NCBI GenBank assembly: GCA_900540835.1
Contig: UQHN01000004.1
Location: 165 to 64,164 of the forward strand
Reading direction: 5' to 3'
DNA: 64,000 bases
From: an uncultured Collinsella sp.
Lineage (GTDB): Bacteria; Actinomycetota; Coriobacteriia; Coriobacteriales; Coriobacteriaceae
Below the pieces are notes generated by a model. The model saw only the letters and a list, made by a program, of their open reading frames with translations. It was not told where the DNA came from and made no database searches. Both the position numbers and the translations under genes were made by a program. How positions within the stretch are numbered: the stretch's first letter is position 1; each line of letters starts with the position of its first letter. Shown piece after piece: positions 38,304 to 47,928 of this stretch.

Positions 38304-38469
38304 TAAGGATACATGGTAGAGGCGCTCGTGCTGCAAAATTCATGAGCTGGTGACCTATTCTGCGTCCCAGGTCGGCTCATCTTCACCACCGGTTAATAAA
38401 AAAGAGGTACCGGTTGGTCCGGTACCTCTTTTGGTGCGTTTCGATTTGGCTGTAGCTTTTGCCGCTAGC

Positions 38470-39750
<1,281 letters not shown>

Positions 39751-39858
39751 GATTGTCCTTTCAAAAACGTGTCCCGGCGACCGTTACCATTCCGCCGGGC
39801 TCTCTATGCAAGGGCACATCATAGCGCGTAAATCAAACATTCACACCCTTTCCGCACC

Positions 39859-39991
39859 TACTCATTGGGGACAGACTTAATTACTCATTGGGGACAGACT
39901 TAAATGACCAGTCTTAAACCAAGAATGTCCCCAATGACTACAACGACTGGTCATTTAAGTCTGTCCCCAATGAGTAGTCCCCAATGAGTGG
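39859..39991. repeat. Palindromic repeat array in the divergent metK-gltX intergenic region
   Basis: 22-nt direct tandem TACTCATTGGGGACAGACTTAA x2. A 31-bp perfect inverted repeat ACTCATTGGGGACAGACTTAAATGACCAGTC / GACTGGTCATTTAAGTCTGTCCCCAATGAGT surrounds a 31-nt loop. In total there are 5 copies of the half-site TCATTGGGGACA or its complement. Confidence 0.85.
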
Positions 39992-40074
39992 GTCGGTGCC
40001 CTTTGTGCGGAGGTGGGCATTGTTGCTTTATACTGGTGCGGTTAGACATCCATCCTGCAATCGAGGAGATTTCC

Positions 40075-41550
40075 ATGGCATCAGACGTTCGCGTCCGCTT
40101 TGCACCCTCACCGACGGGCAAGCTGCACATCGGCGGCGCCCGCACCGCTATCTATAACTGGGCTTTCGCCCGTGCTAACGGCGGCACGTTCATCCTGCGC
40201 ATTGACGACACCGATCCCACCCGCTCTACCGACGAGAACACGCAGATCATCCTGCGCGCCATGCGTTGGCTGGGCCTGGACTGGGACGAGGGTCCCGAGG
40301 TGGGCGGAGACTTTGGCCCCTATGCCCAGACCGAGCGCCTGGACCTGTACAAGCAGGCCGCCCAGAAACTTTGGGACGAGGGCAAGGCCTATCCCTGCTT
40401 CTGCACCAAGGAGCAGCTCGACGCCGACCGCAAGGCCGCGCAGGAGCGCAAGGACCCCTTCCAGGGCTATCAGCGTCGTTGCCGCGATCTTGATCCCGAG
40501 GAGGCCCGCCGCCGCATCGAGGCCGGCGAGTCCTACGTCCTGCGCATCAAGGTGCCCGAGGACCGCGGCGACGTCGTCATCCACGATGCCGTCCACGGCG
40601 AGGTGACCTTCGACGCCAAGGAGCTCGACGACTTTGTCATCTTCCGCTCCGATGGCACGCCCACGTACAACTTCGCGACCGTCGTCGACGACGCCATGAT
40701 GAAGATCACCCATGTCATCCGCGGCGACGACCACCTGTCCAACACCCCGCGCCAGGTCATGGTCTACGAGGCCCTCGGCGCGCCCGTGCCCACGTTCGCC
40801 CACATCTCCATGATCCTGGGCGCCGACGGTAAGAAGCTCTCCAAGCGCCACGGCGCAACTTCGGTGGAGGAGTACCGCGACGCCGGTTACCTTTCCGACG
40901 CCTTCGTCAACTACCTGGCGCTGCTCGGCTGGTCGCTCGACGGCGAGACCACGATCATCCCGCGCGATGTCCTAGCCAGCAAGTTCTCGCTCGACCGCAT
41001 CTCCAAGAACCCGGCGACCTTCGATCCCAAGAAGCTCGATTGGGTCAATGCCGAGTACATCAACGGCATGTCCGACGCGCAGTTTGCCGATGAGATCATG
41101 GTCCCCAAGCTGCACGAGGCGGGTCTCATCGAGGGCAACGTCGAGTACGGCGAGGACTGGATTGATGCGCTTGCCGCCATCGTCAAGCCGCGCACCAAGA
41201 TGCCGACCGACGCCGTGACCGTCGCCGCTCCCATCTTCGCTACGGCCGAGACGCTCGAGTATGACGTGAAATCCGTTAACAAGGGCCTGGCTAAGGAAGG
41301 CATGGGCGCCATTCTGGATGCCGCCAAGGCTGCGCTCGAGGGCGTGGACAAGTGGACTGCCGAGGCCATCGACGCCGCGCTTGAGCCGCTGCCCGAGCAG
41401 ATGGACCTCAAGAAGCGCGTGGTGTTCCAGGCCGTGCGCGTCGCCGTCTGCGGCAACATGGTGAGCCCTCCGCTGGGCGAGACCATGGCGCTCGTCGGCC
41501 GCGACGACTGCCTGGCGCGCATCGACCGCGCCCGCACGATGGCGCTGTAG
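40075..41550 (+). CDS. gltX: Glutamate--tRNA ligase
   Basis: HIGH motif RFAPSPTGKLHIGGARTA and KMSKS-region LSKRHGATSV. The start is internal ATG 40075; the ORF track opens at 39988. Confidence 0.9.
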   Translation: MASDVRVRFAPSPTGKLHIGGARTAIYNWAFARANGGTFILRIDDTDPTRSTDENTQIILRAMRWLGLDWDEGPEVGGDFGPYAQTERLDLYKQAAQKLWDEGKAYPCFCTKEQLDADRKAAQERKDPFQGYQRRCRDLDPEEARRRIEAGESYVLRIKVPEDRGDVVIHDAVHGEVTFDAKELDDFVIFRSDGTPTYNFATVVDDAMMKITHVIRGDDHLSNTPRQVMVYEALGAPVPTFAHISMILGADGKKLSKRHGATSVEEYRDAGYLSDAFVNYLALLGWSLDGETTIIPRDVLASKFSLDRISKNPATFDPKKLDWVNAEYINGMSDAQFADEIMVPKLHEAGLIEGNVEYGEDWIDALAAIVKPRTKMPTDAVTVAAPIFATAETLEYDVKSVNKGLAKEGMGAILDAAKAALEGVDKWTAEAIDAALEPLPEQMDLKKRVVFQAVRVAVCGNMVSPPLGETMALVGRDDCLARIDRARTMAL

Positions 41551-41573
41551 CAGCTGCGTAAACGCATGTATCC

Positions 41574-41607
41574 GAGCCCCGTTCACCCGAGCGGGGCTCT
41601 TGTTTCT
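41574..41607 (+). terminator. Rho-independent terminator after gltX
   Basis: Stem GAGCCCCG-ttcacccga-CGGGGCTC followed by TTGTTTCT. Confidence 0.6.
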
Positions 41608-41638
41608 AAAGACGTATGGGATGGGAGGTACAGAGACC

Positions 41639-44092
41639 ATGGCCGAGCAACTGTCGCTGTTTGGTTTGCCGGAACCGGAGGAAGCTCCGGTGAAGCCCAA
41701 GCCTGCCGCTGCCTCGGCTCAGTCTAAGCCTTCGCCCGAGCCCCCTGCCGCCTACGCAAGCGTGGTCCTCGACATCCCCACCCGTGCGCTGTCGGAACCG
41801 TTTGCTTACGGCATCCCCGAGTCCCTTGCCAACGAGGTCCAGATCGGATCCACGGTCCTGGTCCACTTTGGTAACCGTGCCGCCGCGGGCTATGTCGTCG
41901 ACATTGCGCCTGATCTGGGCGATCTGCCGGGCAACAACTCCCTCGACCCGGTGCGCATCAAGCCCATCGAGGCCATCCTCAGCAAACCGCTCTTTACCGC
42001 CGAAGCCGCCCGCATCGCACGTTGGATGAGCCGCGAGTATGTCGTGACGCTTTCCGAGTGTCTGCGCCTGTTCTTGCCTCCGGGTGGCAGCCCGCGTGTG
42101 GTCAAGGGCGACGACGGTGTGTGGACGGTTGAACGTCCAGCCGTCAAACCCATCCAAAACCGCTGGGTGATGCTTACGCCCGAAGGCTTTGACTACACGC
42201 CACCCAAGACCGCGGTCCGCCAGCGCCAACTCATCGAGGCGCTCCAGTGTGGTCCTGTCACGACGCGCGACCTCAACCTTCTCTATAACAGTATGTCGGC
42301 GACCATCAAGGCGCTCGAAAAACGCGGCATCGTGGTGGTGGAGGAGCGCCGTGCCTGGCGCGGTTGCAGCGAGCAGACTACGCTGTCCTCGGCAAGCGGC
42401 AAGGCGCCGGTCTCCCTTACCAACGGCCAGCAACAGGCACTCGCGCAGATTGAGCGCGCCCGCCTTGACGCTCATGGCGACGTGGTGCTGGTTGACGGCG
42501 TCACCGGCTCCGGCAAAACCGAGGTTTACCTCTCCGCTATCGAGCGCGTGCTCGCGGCAGGCCGCTCTGCCTGCGTGCTCGTGCCCGAGATCTCGCTGAC
42601 GGCCCAGACCGTCGGCCGCTTCCGCTCGCGCTTTGGCGAGACGGTCGCGGTCTTCCACTCGCGCCTTTCGGCCGGCGAGCGCCTGGACCAGTGGGACATG
42701 GTTGCCAGTGGTACTGCCCGCGTTGTCGTCGGCGCGCGTTCGGCGCTCTTTTGCCCGCTCAGCGACCTGGGTCTCATCATCATCGACGAGGAACACGAGA
42801 CCAGTTACAAGCAGGGCTCCAGCCCGCGCTACCATGCGCGCGAGGTTGCGGCCGAGATGGCGCGCCGCTATCGCTGCCCACTTGTGCTGGGCTCGGCCAC
42901 GCCTTCTGCCGAGGCCCTCGACCGCTGCCGCCGCGGTACATACAACGGTGCTACCTGGACGCGTGTCGAGATGCCCGAGCGCCCGGGACTCGCCGTGCTG
43001 CCTACGGTCCGCATTGCCGACCTGCGCCGTGAGTTTTCACACGGCAGCCGCTCCATGTTCTCAAAACCCTTGATGGAGGGCTTGGAGCGTGTGGTCGAGC
43101 GTCGCGAGAAGGCCGTGCTGCTGCATAACCGCCGTGGCTTTGCGCCGTTCCTGATGTGTCGCGAGTGCGGCTGCGTTCCCACCTGCAACCACTGCTCCAC
43201 AGCGCTTACGTATCACGAGCGCACGCACACGCTGCAATGTCACACATGCGGATCCTCCTGGCGCGTGCAGCCGTATCCCGCGCCCACGAGTCGTTGCCCC
43301 AAGTGCGGCAGCCGCTACCTGGCAAAAATGGGGCTGGGCACGCAGCAGATCGAGGACGCACTGCACCAGATGCTGCCCGAGGACGTCGCCATCATCCGCA
43401 TGGATGCCGATTCCACGCGCGGCAAGGATTCGCACAAAAAGCTGCTCGAGCAGTTCGATGCGGCCGATTGCGCCGTGTTGCTGGGCACCCAAATGATCGC
43501 AAAGGGTCTCGATTTTCCCGAGGTCACGCTCGTGGGCGTGGTCAATGCCGACTTCGCCCTTAAGCTGCCCGATTTTCGCGCAGGGGAGCGCGCCTACGAT
43601 TTACTGGAGCAGGTCGCCGGCCGTGCCGGTCGTGGTGATCGTCCCGGCGAGGTGATCGTCCAGACCTACCTGCCCGAGGATCCGGTCATTCGTGCCGTCG
43701 CTGAGCACGACCGTTCGATCTTTACCGACTACGATTTGGACCAGCGCCGCGACGCGCTGTACCCGCCGTTTGTTCGCCTGGTCAACATCTTGGTGTGGTC
43801 GGCAAACCGAGACGACGCGCAGGACTACATTGGGCGCATCGCAAAGCTTCTTAAGCGCCGCTGGCATGCCGCCGCGCCCGATTTTTTGCGGGCGGGGAGT
43901 GCCGTGCCGCAGGTGCTAGGCCCGGCTTCGTGTGTAATCGAGAGAGCCAAGGACCGTTACCGCTTCCATCTGCTTGTGAAGTCGCCCGTGGGGTACCATG
44001 TCTCTGATGATATCGACGCCTGCCTCAAAGAGGTGGGCTCTGTGCGCGGCGTGAGCGTGAGCGTTGACGTCGACGCCTATGATTTGATGTAA
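41639..44092 (+). CDS. priA: Primosomal protein N' (PriA replication-restart helicase)
   Basis: DEAD/DEAH helicase motifs (VDGVTGSGKTEVY, IIDEEHE) and a Cys-rich zinc-binding insert CRECGCVPTCNHCSTALTYH...CHTCGSSW...CPKCGS. Start is 41600 or 41639. Confidence 0.9.
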   Translation: MAEQLSLFGLPEPEEAPVKPKPAAASAQSKPSPEPPAAYASVVLDIPTRALSEPFAYGIPESLANEVQIGSTVLVHFGNRAAAGYVVDIAPDLGDLPGNNSLDPVRIKPIEAILSKPLFTAEAARIARWMSREYVVTLSECLRLFLPPGGSPRVVKGDDGVWTVERPAVKPIQNRWVMLTPEGFDYTPPKTAVRQRQLIEALQCGPVTTRDLNLLYNSMSATIKALEKRGIVVVEERRAWRGCSEQTTLSSASGKAPVSLTNGQQQALAQIERARLDAHGDVVLVDGVTGSGKTEVYLSAIERVLAAGRSACVLVPEISLTAQTVGRFRSRFGETVAVFHSRLSAGERLDQWDMVASGTARVVVGARSALFCPLSDLGLIIIDEEHETSYKQGSSPRYHAREVAAEMARRYRCPLVLGSATPSAEALDRCRRGTYNGATWTRVEMPERPGLAVLPTVRIADLRREFSHGSRSMFSKPLMEGLERVVERREKAVLLHNRRGFAPFLMCRECGCVPTCNHCSTALTYHERTHTLQCHTCGSSWRVQPYPAPTSRCPKCGSRYLAKMGLGTQQIEDALHQMLPEDVAIIRMDADSTRGKDSHKKLLEQFDAADCAVLLGTQMIAKGLDFPEVTLVGVVNADFALKLPDFRAGERAYDLLEQVAGRAGRGDRPGEVIVQTYLPEDPVIRAVAEHDRSIFTDYDLDQRRDALYPPFVRLVNILVWSANRDDAQDYIGRIAKLLKRRWHAAAPDFLRAGSAVPQVLGPASCVIERAKDRYRFHLLVKSPVGYHVSDDIDACLKEVGSVRGVSVSVDVDAYDLM

Positions 44093-44104
44093 CAAACCGA
44101 AAGG

Positions 44105-44647
44105 ATGGCCATGGAAGCCAACGGAATCGTACTGTCGCCCGACCCTCGTCTGCGCCAGGAGTGCGCCGTCATCGAGGAGATCACCCCGGCGATCGAGGCG
44201 CTTGTCGAGAAGATGAAGAAAATGATGTTCGATAACGGCGGTTGCGGCCTGGCTGCTCCGCAGATCGGCGAGCTCATTCAGCTCGTTACCATCGACTGCG
44301 ACTACAGCGACAAGAACGACTACGACCCGTACGTGCTCATCAATCCCGTGATTGTCGAGCAAAGCGACCATCTCGTTCCGTATAGCGAGGGCTGTCTATC
44401 CATTCCTGGCATTAGCTGTGAGATCGAGCGTCCCGACCATGTCGTCGTCGAGGCGTATGACCTGGACGCCAACCTGATTCGCTATGAGGCCTCGGGCGAT
44501 CTGTTCTGCGTGTGCCTGCAGCACGAGATCGATCACCTGCATGGCAACACCATGTTTGAGCGACTCAAGCCCATGCAGAGGATTAAGGCCGTCAAGGAGT
44601 ACCAGGACGCCCTGGCCCGCGGCGCTCGACCGGGCGAGACGGAGTAG
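44105..44647 (+). CDS. def: Peptide deformylase
   Basis: Motifs GLAAPQIG, EGCLSIPG and QHEIDHL. Confidence 0.95.
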   Translation: MAMEANGIVLSPDPRLRQECAVIEEITPAIEALVEKMKKMMFDNGGCGLAAPQIGELIQLVTIDCDYSDKNDYDPYVLINPVIVEQSDHLVPYSEGCLSIPGISCEIERPDHVVVEAYDLDANLIRYEASGDLFCVCLQHEIDHLHGNTMFERLKPMQRIKAVKEYQDALARGARPGETE

Positions 44648-44656
44648 GTCCCACCG

Positions 44657-44790
44657 TCCCCTTCCGCCGCAGGGCTTAGGTTTTGCTCCATGCTCAAACA
44701 GTCCTGCTCGCACGAAGAGCACATTAAGTGCTCTTCGGCTCGTGCGGAACTGCGCGTGGAGCAAAACCTAAGCCCTGCGGCGGAAGGGGA
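44657..44790. repeat. Structured intergenic element, family 1 copy 2: 34-bp perfect outer stem enclosing the same conserved core
   Basis: TCCCCTTCCGCCGCAGGGCTTAGGTTTTGCTCCA ... TGGAGCAAAACCTAAGCCCTGCGGCGGAAGGGGA flank CTCGCACGAAGAGCACATTAAGTGCTCTTCGGCTCGTGCGGAACT. The inner hairpin shows a compensatory G-C to A-T change relative to copy 1. Confidence 0.8.
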
Positions 44791-45008
44791 CTGCGTTTTC
44801 GTGCTCCTTTTCGCCCGGGTGCCGTCGGGCCAGGGAAGGGCGTCTTCGCTGATAATTGCTTTGTTGGAAGAGTCGCTTTTATTGCGGCTCTTTCTTTGGT
44901 TTTGGGTATATTTGTTCTTGTTGAAATGTTATTGCGGATGGGCTGGTGATTTGGCTTTCCGCTGCTCTTTGTAGCCGTCTCGGCTTTGGTTGAGGGGAGA
45001 TGTCCTTT

Positions 45009-45929
45009 ATGCGTATTGTGTTTATGGGTACGCCTGATTTTGCTGTGCCTTCGTTGACTTCGCTTGTTGAGGCTGGGAACGAGATTGCGCTTGTTGTTAC
45101 TCGTCCTGATGCTGTTCGTGGGCGTGGTAAGAAGCTGGAGCCGTCTCCTGTTAAGGCTAAGGCGCTGGAGCTGGGGTTGCCGGTCATTGAGGCGAATCGT
45201 ATGACGCCTGAGGTTGTTGAGGTGCTCCAGGCTGCCCAGGCTGATATTTTCTGTGTGGCTGCCTATGGCTGCATTTTGCCCGATGAGGTGCTGCATATGG
45301 CACCGCTCGGTATTGTGAATGTTCATGCGTCCTTGCTGCCTCGTTGGCGTGGGGCTGCTCCTATTCAGCGTGCCATTCTTGCTGGTGATGAGATTGCTGG
45401 CGTTTCTATTATGCGCATTGGGCATGGCGTGGATACCGGCGCCTATTGTGCGCAGGCCTCGACCTCGGTTGCCGGTAAGCATGCTGAGGCGCTGACCATG
45501 GAGCTTGGTGAGCTTGGCGGTAAGCTGCTGGCCGATACGCTACCGTCGCTTGCCGATGGTACGGCGGTGTGGATCGAGCAGGATGAGTCGCTTGTCACCC
45601 ATGCTGCGAAGATTTCCAAGCAGGAGATGCGTCTTGATCCGCAGATGGCGGCGCTCGATTGCGTGCGTCATGTGCTCGCCTCGTCCGACACCGCTCCCGC
45701 TCGTTGCGTGATTGCCGGCAAGACCGTGCGCGTGCTCGATGCTGCGCCGGCTGATGTGTCGCTTGGTGAGGGTCAGGTTCTCATTAGGGCCAAGCGTGTT
45801 TACCTTGGTCTTTCCGATAGCTCAGTTGAACTGCTCGAGGTTAAGCCTGATGGCAAGCGTGCTATGACTGCTTCTGCTTGGGCTGCTGGCCTGCAGGGTG
45901 CCGATCTTATCTGGGGTGTTTTATCATGA
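45009..45929 (+). CDS. fmt: Methionyl-tRNA formyltransferase
   Basis: MRIVFMGTPDFAVPSL and HASLLPRWRGAAPIQRAI motifs; RBS gaggggag before ATG 45009. Confidence 0.9.
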   Translation: MRIVFMGTPDFAVPSLTSLVEAGNEIALVVTRPDAVRGRGKKLEPSPVKAKALELGLPVIEANRMTPEVVEVLQAAQADIFCVAAYGCILPDEVLHMAPLGIVNVHASLLPRWRGAAPIQRAILAGDEIAGVSIMRIGHGVDTGAYCAQASTSVAGKHAEALTMELGELGGKLLADTLPSLADGTAVWIEQDESLVTHAAKISKQEMRLDPQMAALDCVRHVLASSDTAPARCVIAGKTVRVLDAAPADVSLGEGQVLIRAKRVYLGLSDSSVELLEVKPDGKRAMTASAWAAGLQGADLIWGVLS

Positions 45930-47326
45930 GCAAGCTGTCTCCCGCGCGCAAGCTTGCGCTCGATGTGCTGATGGAGGCCGATCGCCGCGGCATGTATGCG
46001 CGCGACGTGCTGTCCTCTCGCGCATCGGCCAAGGCTATTGACCAGCGCGATTCCGCTTTTGCCGCCCGCTTGGCGCTGGGTGTAGCCGCCACGCAGGGTA
46101 TTTTGGACGAGCTGCTCGATCAGTTTCTCGATAAGCCCAAAAAGGTTGCGCCGCGCGTTCGCATGGCGCTTCGTATTTCTGCCTTCGAGATGCTCTACCT
46201 GCATACGCCTGGCCGCGTTGCCGTAAGTCAGGGAGTTGAGCTGGTTCGCTGCGGTGCTAAGTCCGCCGCTGGCTTGGCCAATGCTGTACTCCATAAGGTT
46301 TCAGACAATGTTGAGGACTTTGCTACTGCGTCCGATGTGGATGAGTCTGAGCGACGCTTGGTTCGTCTGTCGCGTCTGATGGGTCTTCCTCGCTGGCTGT
46401 GCGCTCGCATTATGGCGTCGTTTGACACGCCAGAGGGTGCGCTTAACTTTGCCGGCAATCTGGCCCCCGCGCCGCTGGCCCTGCATGAGAACGCCTTTGC
46501 AACCAAACCTGATCCGTACCTATCGCAGCTTGTGGCGCCTGTGTTCCCGGGCTGTCATGCCCCGGTTGATGCCCAGGTTACCGTTTCGTCGGGCGTATTT
46601 GAGCGCGCTGCTGCCGTGGCCTCGGATCTTAACGCCCAGCTCATCGCCACAGCTGCCACGCGCCCTGGAAGCTGCCTTGAGATTGGTGCCGGTCGTGGCA
46701 CCAAGACCTATGTGATGATGTGCCAGGCCAAGCGTGCGGGCTATGAGCGTCAGCATACGGCGCTCGATTTGCATGATCGCAAGTGCGATCTGAATCTCGC
46801 TCGCCTGCATAAGGCCGGTATTCAGGGCGTTCGTACGGTTTCGGGTGATGCCTGCGGGCTTGATGAAGTACTGACGTCGTTTGATGCCATGCTTGGCAAG
46901 CCGGTTAAGTTCGACACGGTCTTTATCGATGCGCCGTGCTCTGGCACCGGCACCATGCGTCGTCATCCCGAGATCCCTTGGCGCCTGACCGAAAAAGATG
47001 TGACGGTTGAGCTGCCCAAACTGCAGCTTACGATGCTCAAGGAGGCTGCTGCCCGCGTGGCTGCCGGCGGCGAGCTTATCTATGCCACCTGCTCGGTCTT
47101 TGATGAAGAGAACACGCAAGTCGTGGATGCGTTTTTGGCTTCTCCCGAGGGCGCCGGCTTTACCGTGGCGCCGCTCTCCGAAGCCCAGATTCTGCAACTC
47201 CCCGAGTTCGATCAGGCCAAGAAGCTCGTATCCGTACGTCAGAACGATCGAGGCCTCTTCCAAAGCGTGCCGGTAAACGCCGACTCCTACGACGGCCACT
47301 TCTGCGCCAGGCTGGTCCGCCAGTAA
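45926..47326 (+). CDS. rsmB: 16S rRNA (cytosine967-C5)-methyltransferase (RsmB/Sun family)
   Basis: N-terminal NusB-like domain plus SAM MTase motifs (IDAPCSGTGTMRRHPEI, LIYATCSV); overlaps the fmt stop. Confidence 0.85.
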   Translation: MSKLSPARKLALDVLMEADRRGMYARDVLSSRASAKAIDQRDSAFAARLALGVAATQGILDELLDQFLDKPKKVAPRVRMALRISAFEMLYLHTPGRVAVSQGVELVRCGAKSAAGLANAVLHKVSDNVEDFATASDVDESERRLVRLSRLMGLPRWLCARIMASFDTPEGALNFAGNLAPAPLALHENAFATKPDPYLSQLVAPVFPGCHAPVDAQVTVSSGVFERAAAVASDLNAQLIATAATRPGSCLEIGAGRGTKTYVMMCQAKRAGYERQHTALDLHDRKCDLNLARLHKAGIQGVRTVSGDACGLDEVLTSFDAMLGKPVKFDTVFIDAPCSGTGTMRRHPEIPWRLTEKDVTVELPKLQLTMLKEAAARVAAGGELIYATCSVFDEENTQVVDAFLASPEGAGFTVAPLSEAQILQLPEFDQAKKLVSVRQNDRGLFQSVPVNADSYDGHFCARLVRQ

Positions 47327-47331
47327 ATCGA

Positions 47332-47373
47332 AGTCCCGTCCCAAATCAGCTAATTTGGGACGGGACTATTTTA
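47332..47373 (+). terminator. Rho-independent terminator after rsmB
   Basis: Perfect 14-bp stem GTCCCGTCCCAAAT-cagct-AATTTGGGACGGGAC followed by ATTTT. Confidence 0.65.
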
Positions 47374-47416
47374 GCTACTTTGTGCCTCTTCGATCCGTTC
47401 GCCATGAAATGCGGTT

Positions 47417-47544
47417 ATTTACTACGTTAAACCGGCTGTCCTCATCCATGCCGAATTTTGTGAAATCAAAACCGCAGGTAGACGGCTTGCCGTTTTTGCA
47501 AATACGCTGCTATGCTCGACCAATACGGGTCAAACGTAGTAAAT
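47417..47544. repeat. Intergenic repeat element, family 2 copy A (~128 nt, terminal inverted repeat plus conserved core)
   Basis: Terminal inverted repeat ATTTACTACGTT / AACGTAGTAAAT. The core AAAACCGCAGGTAGACGGCTTGCC sits ~40 nt in. GC is lower than the surroundings. Confidence 0.7.
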
Positions 47545-47603
47545 GGGCCGCTTTCGTGGCGCAACTCCAGAGTAGTCAATTTGGGAGCGGGGCTACTTGC
47601 CTG

Positions 47604-47840
47604 TTAGTGGTTGTGTGGGCAGTTGGCGCAGCAGCCGCTGGTGGCGCTGGTGCTGGAGCCGCCGCTTCGCTGGTCGGTGTTGTAGAAGCCGCTGCCCTCA
47701 AATTTAATACCGCTGGCCGAGAACGTCTTGGCGGCCGGAGCGCCGCAGCTGGGGCACACGACCTCGGGAGTCTCGGACATAGGATGCTCAACCTCAAACA
47801 CGTTGCCGCAGCTCGAGCACTTGTAATCGTAGCGCGCCAT
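47604..47840 (-). CDS. FmdB-family zinc-ribbon protein
   Basis: MARYDYKCSSCGNVFEVEH ... VVCPSCGA with paired CxxC, plus a Cys/His-rich tail. Confidence 0.75.
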   Translation of the reverse strand: MARYDYKCSSCGNVFEVEHPMSETPEVVCPSCGAPAAKTFSASGIKFEGSGFYNTDQRSGGSSTSATSGCCANCPHNH

Positions 47841-47928
47841 AATACTTCCTTTTCAGCACAAAGCGGGCAGATTACTCTGCCCGCAAAAATTCAAACGTCT
47901 GTAACTGTACCCTATATCGGGCGTTTTA

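Noticed and set aside
38141-38353. Small ORFs (both strands) across the family-1 repeat copies sharing the peptide EHIKCS-ARAEL, considered as a small protein or toxin family
   Set aside because: The shared peptide is trivially explained by ~95% nucleotide identity of the core. The compensatory stem substitutions indicate selection on base pairing, not on a reading frame. There is no RBS or start context.
39751-39860. Looked for a SAM riboswitch (SAM-I/SAM-IV) in the metK leader
   Set aside because: No recognisable conserved core is present (for example the GGC...GCAACC pseudoknot elements) in the minus-strand leader. Regulation, if any, more likely involves the palindromic array.
39859-39991. 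Tandem/palindromic repeats checked as a possible CRISPR array
   Set aside because: There are only two direct copies with no unique spacers, the arrangement is palindromic, and no cas genes are nearby.
47862-47885. Hairpin GCGGGCAG-attactc-CTGCCCGC between the GH13::GH77 stop and the fmdB start
   Set aside because: It has an A-tract on the plus strand and only a weak U-tract on the minus transcript. It is not convincing as an intrinsic terminator, and may be an RNA stability element or a weak attenuator.
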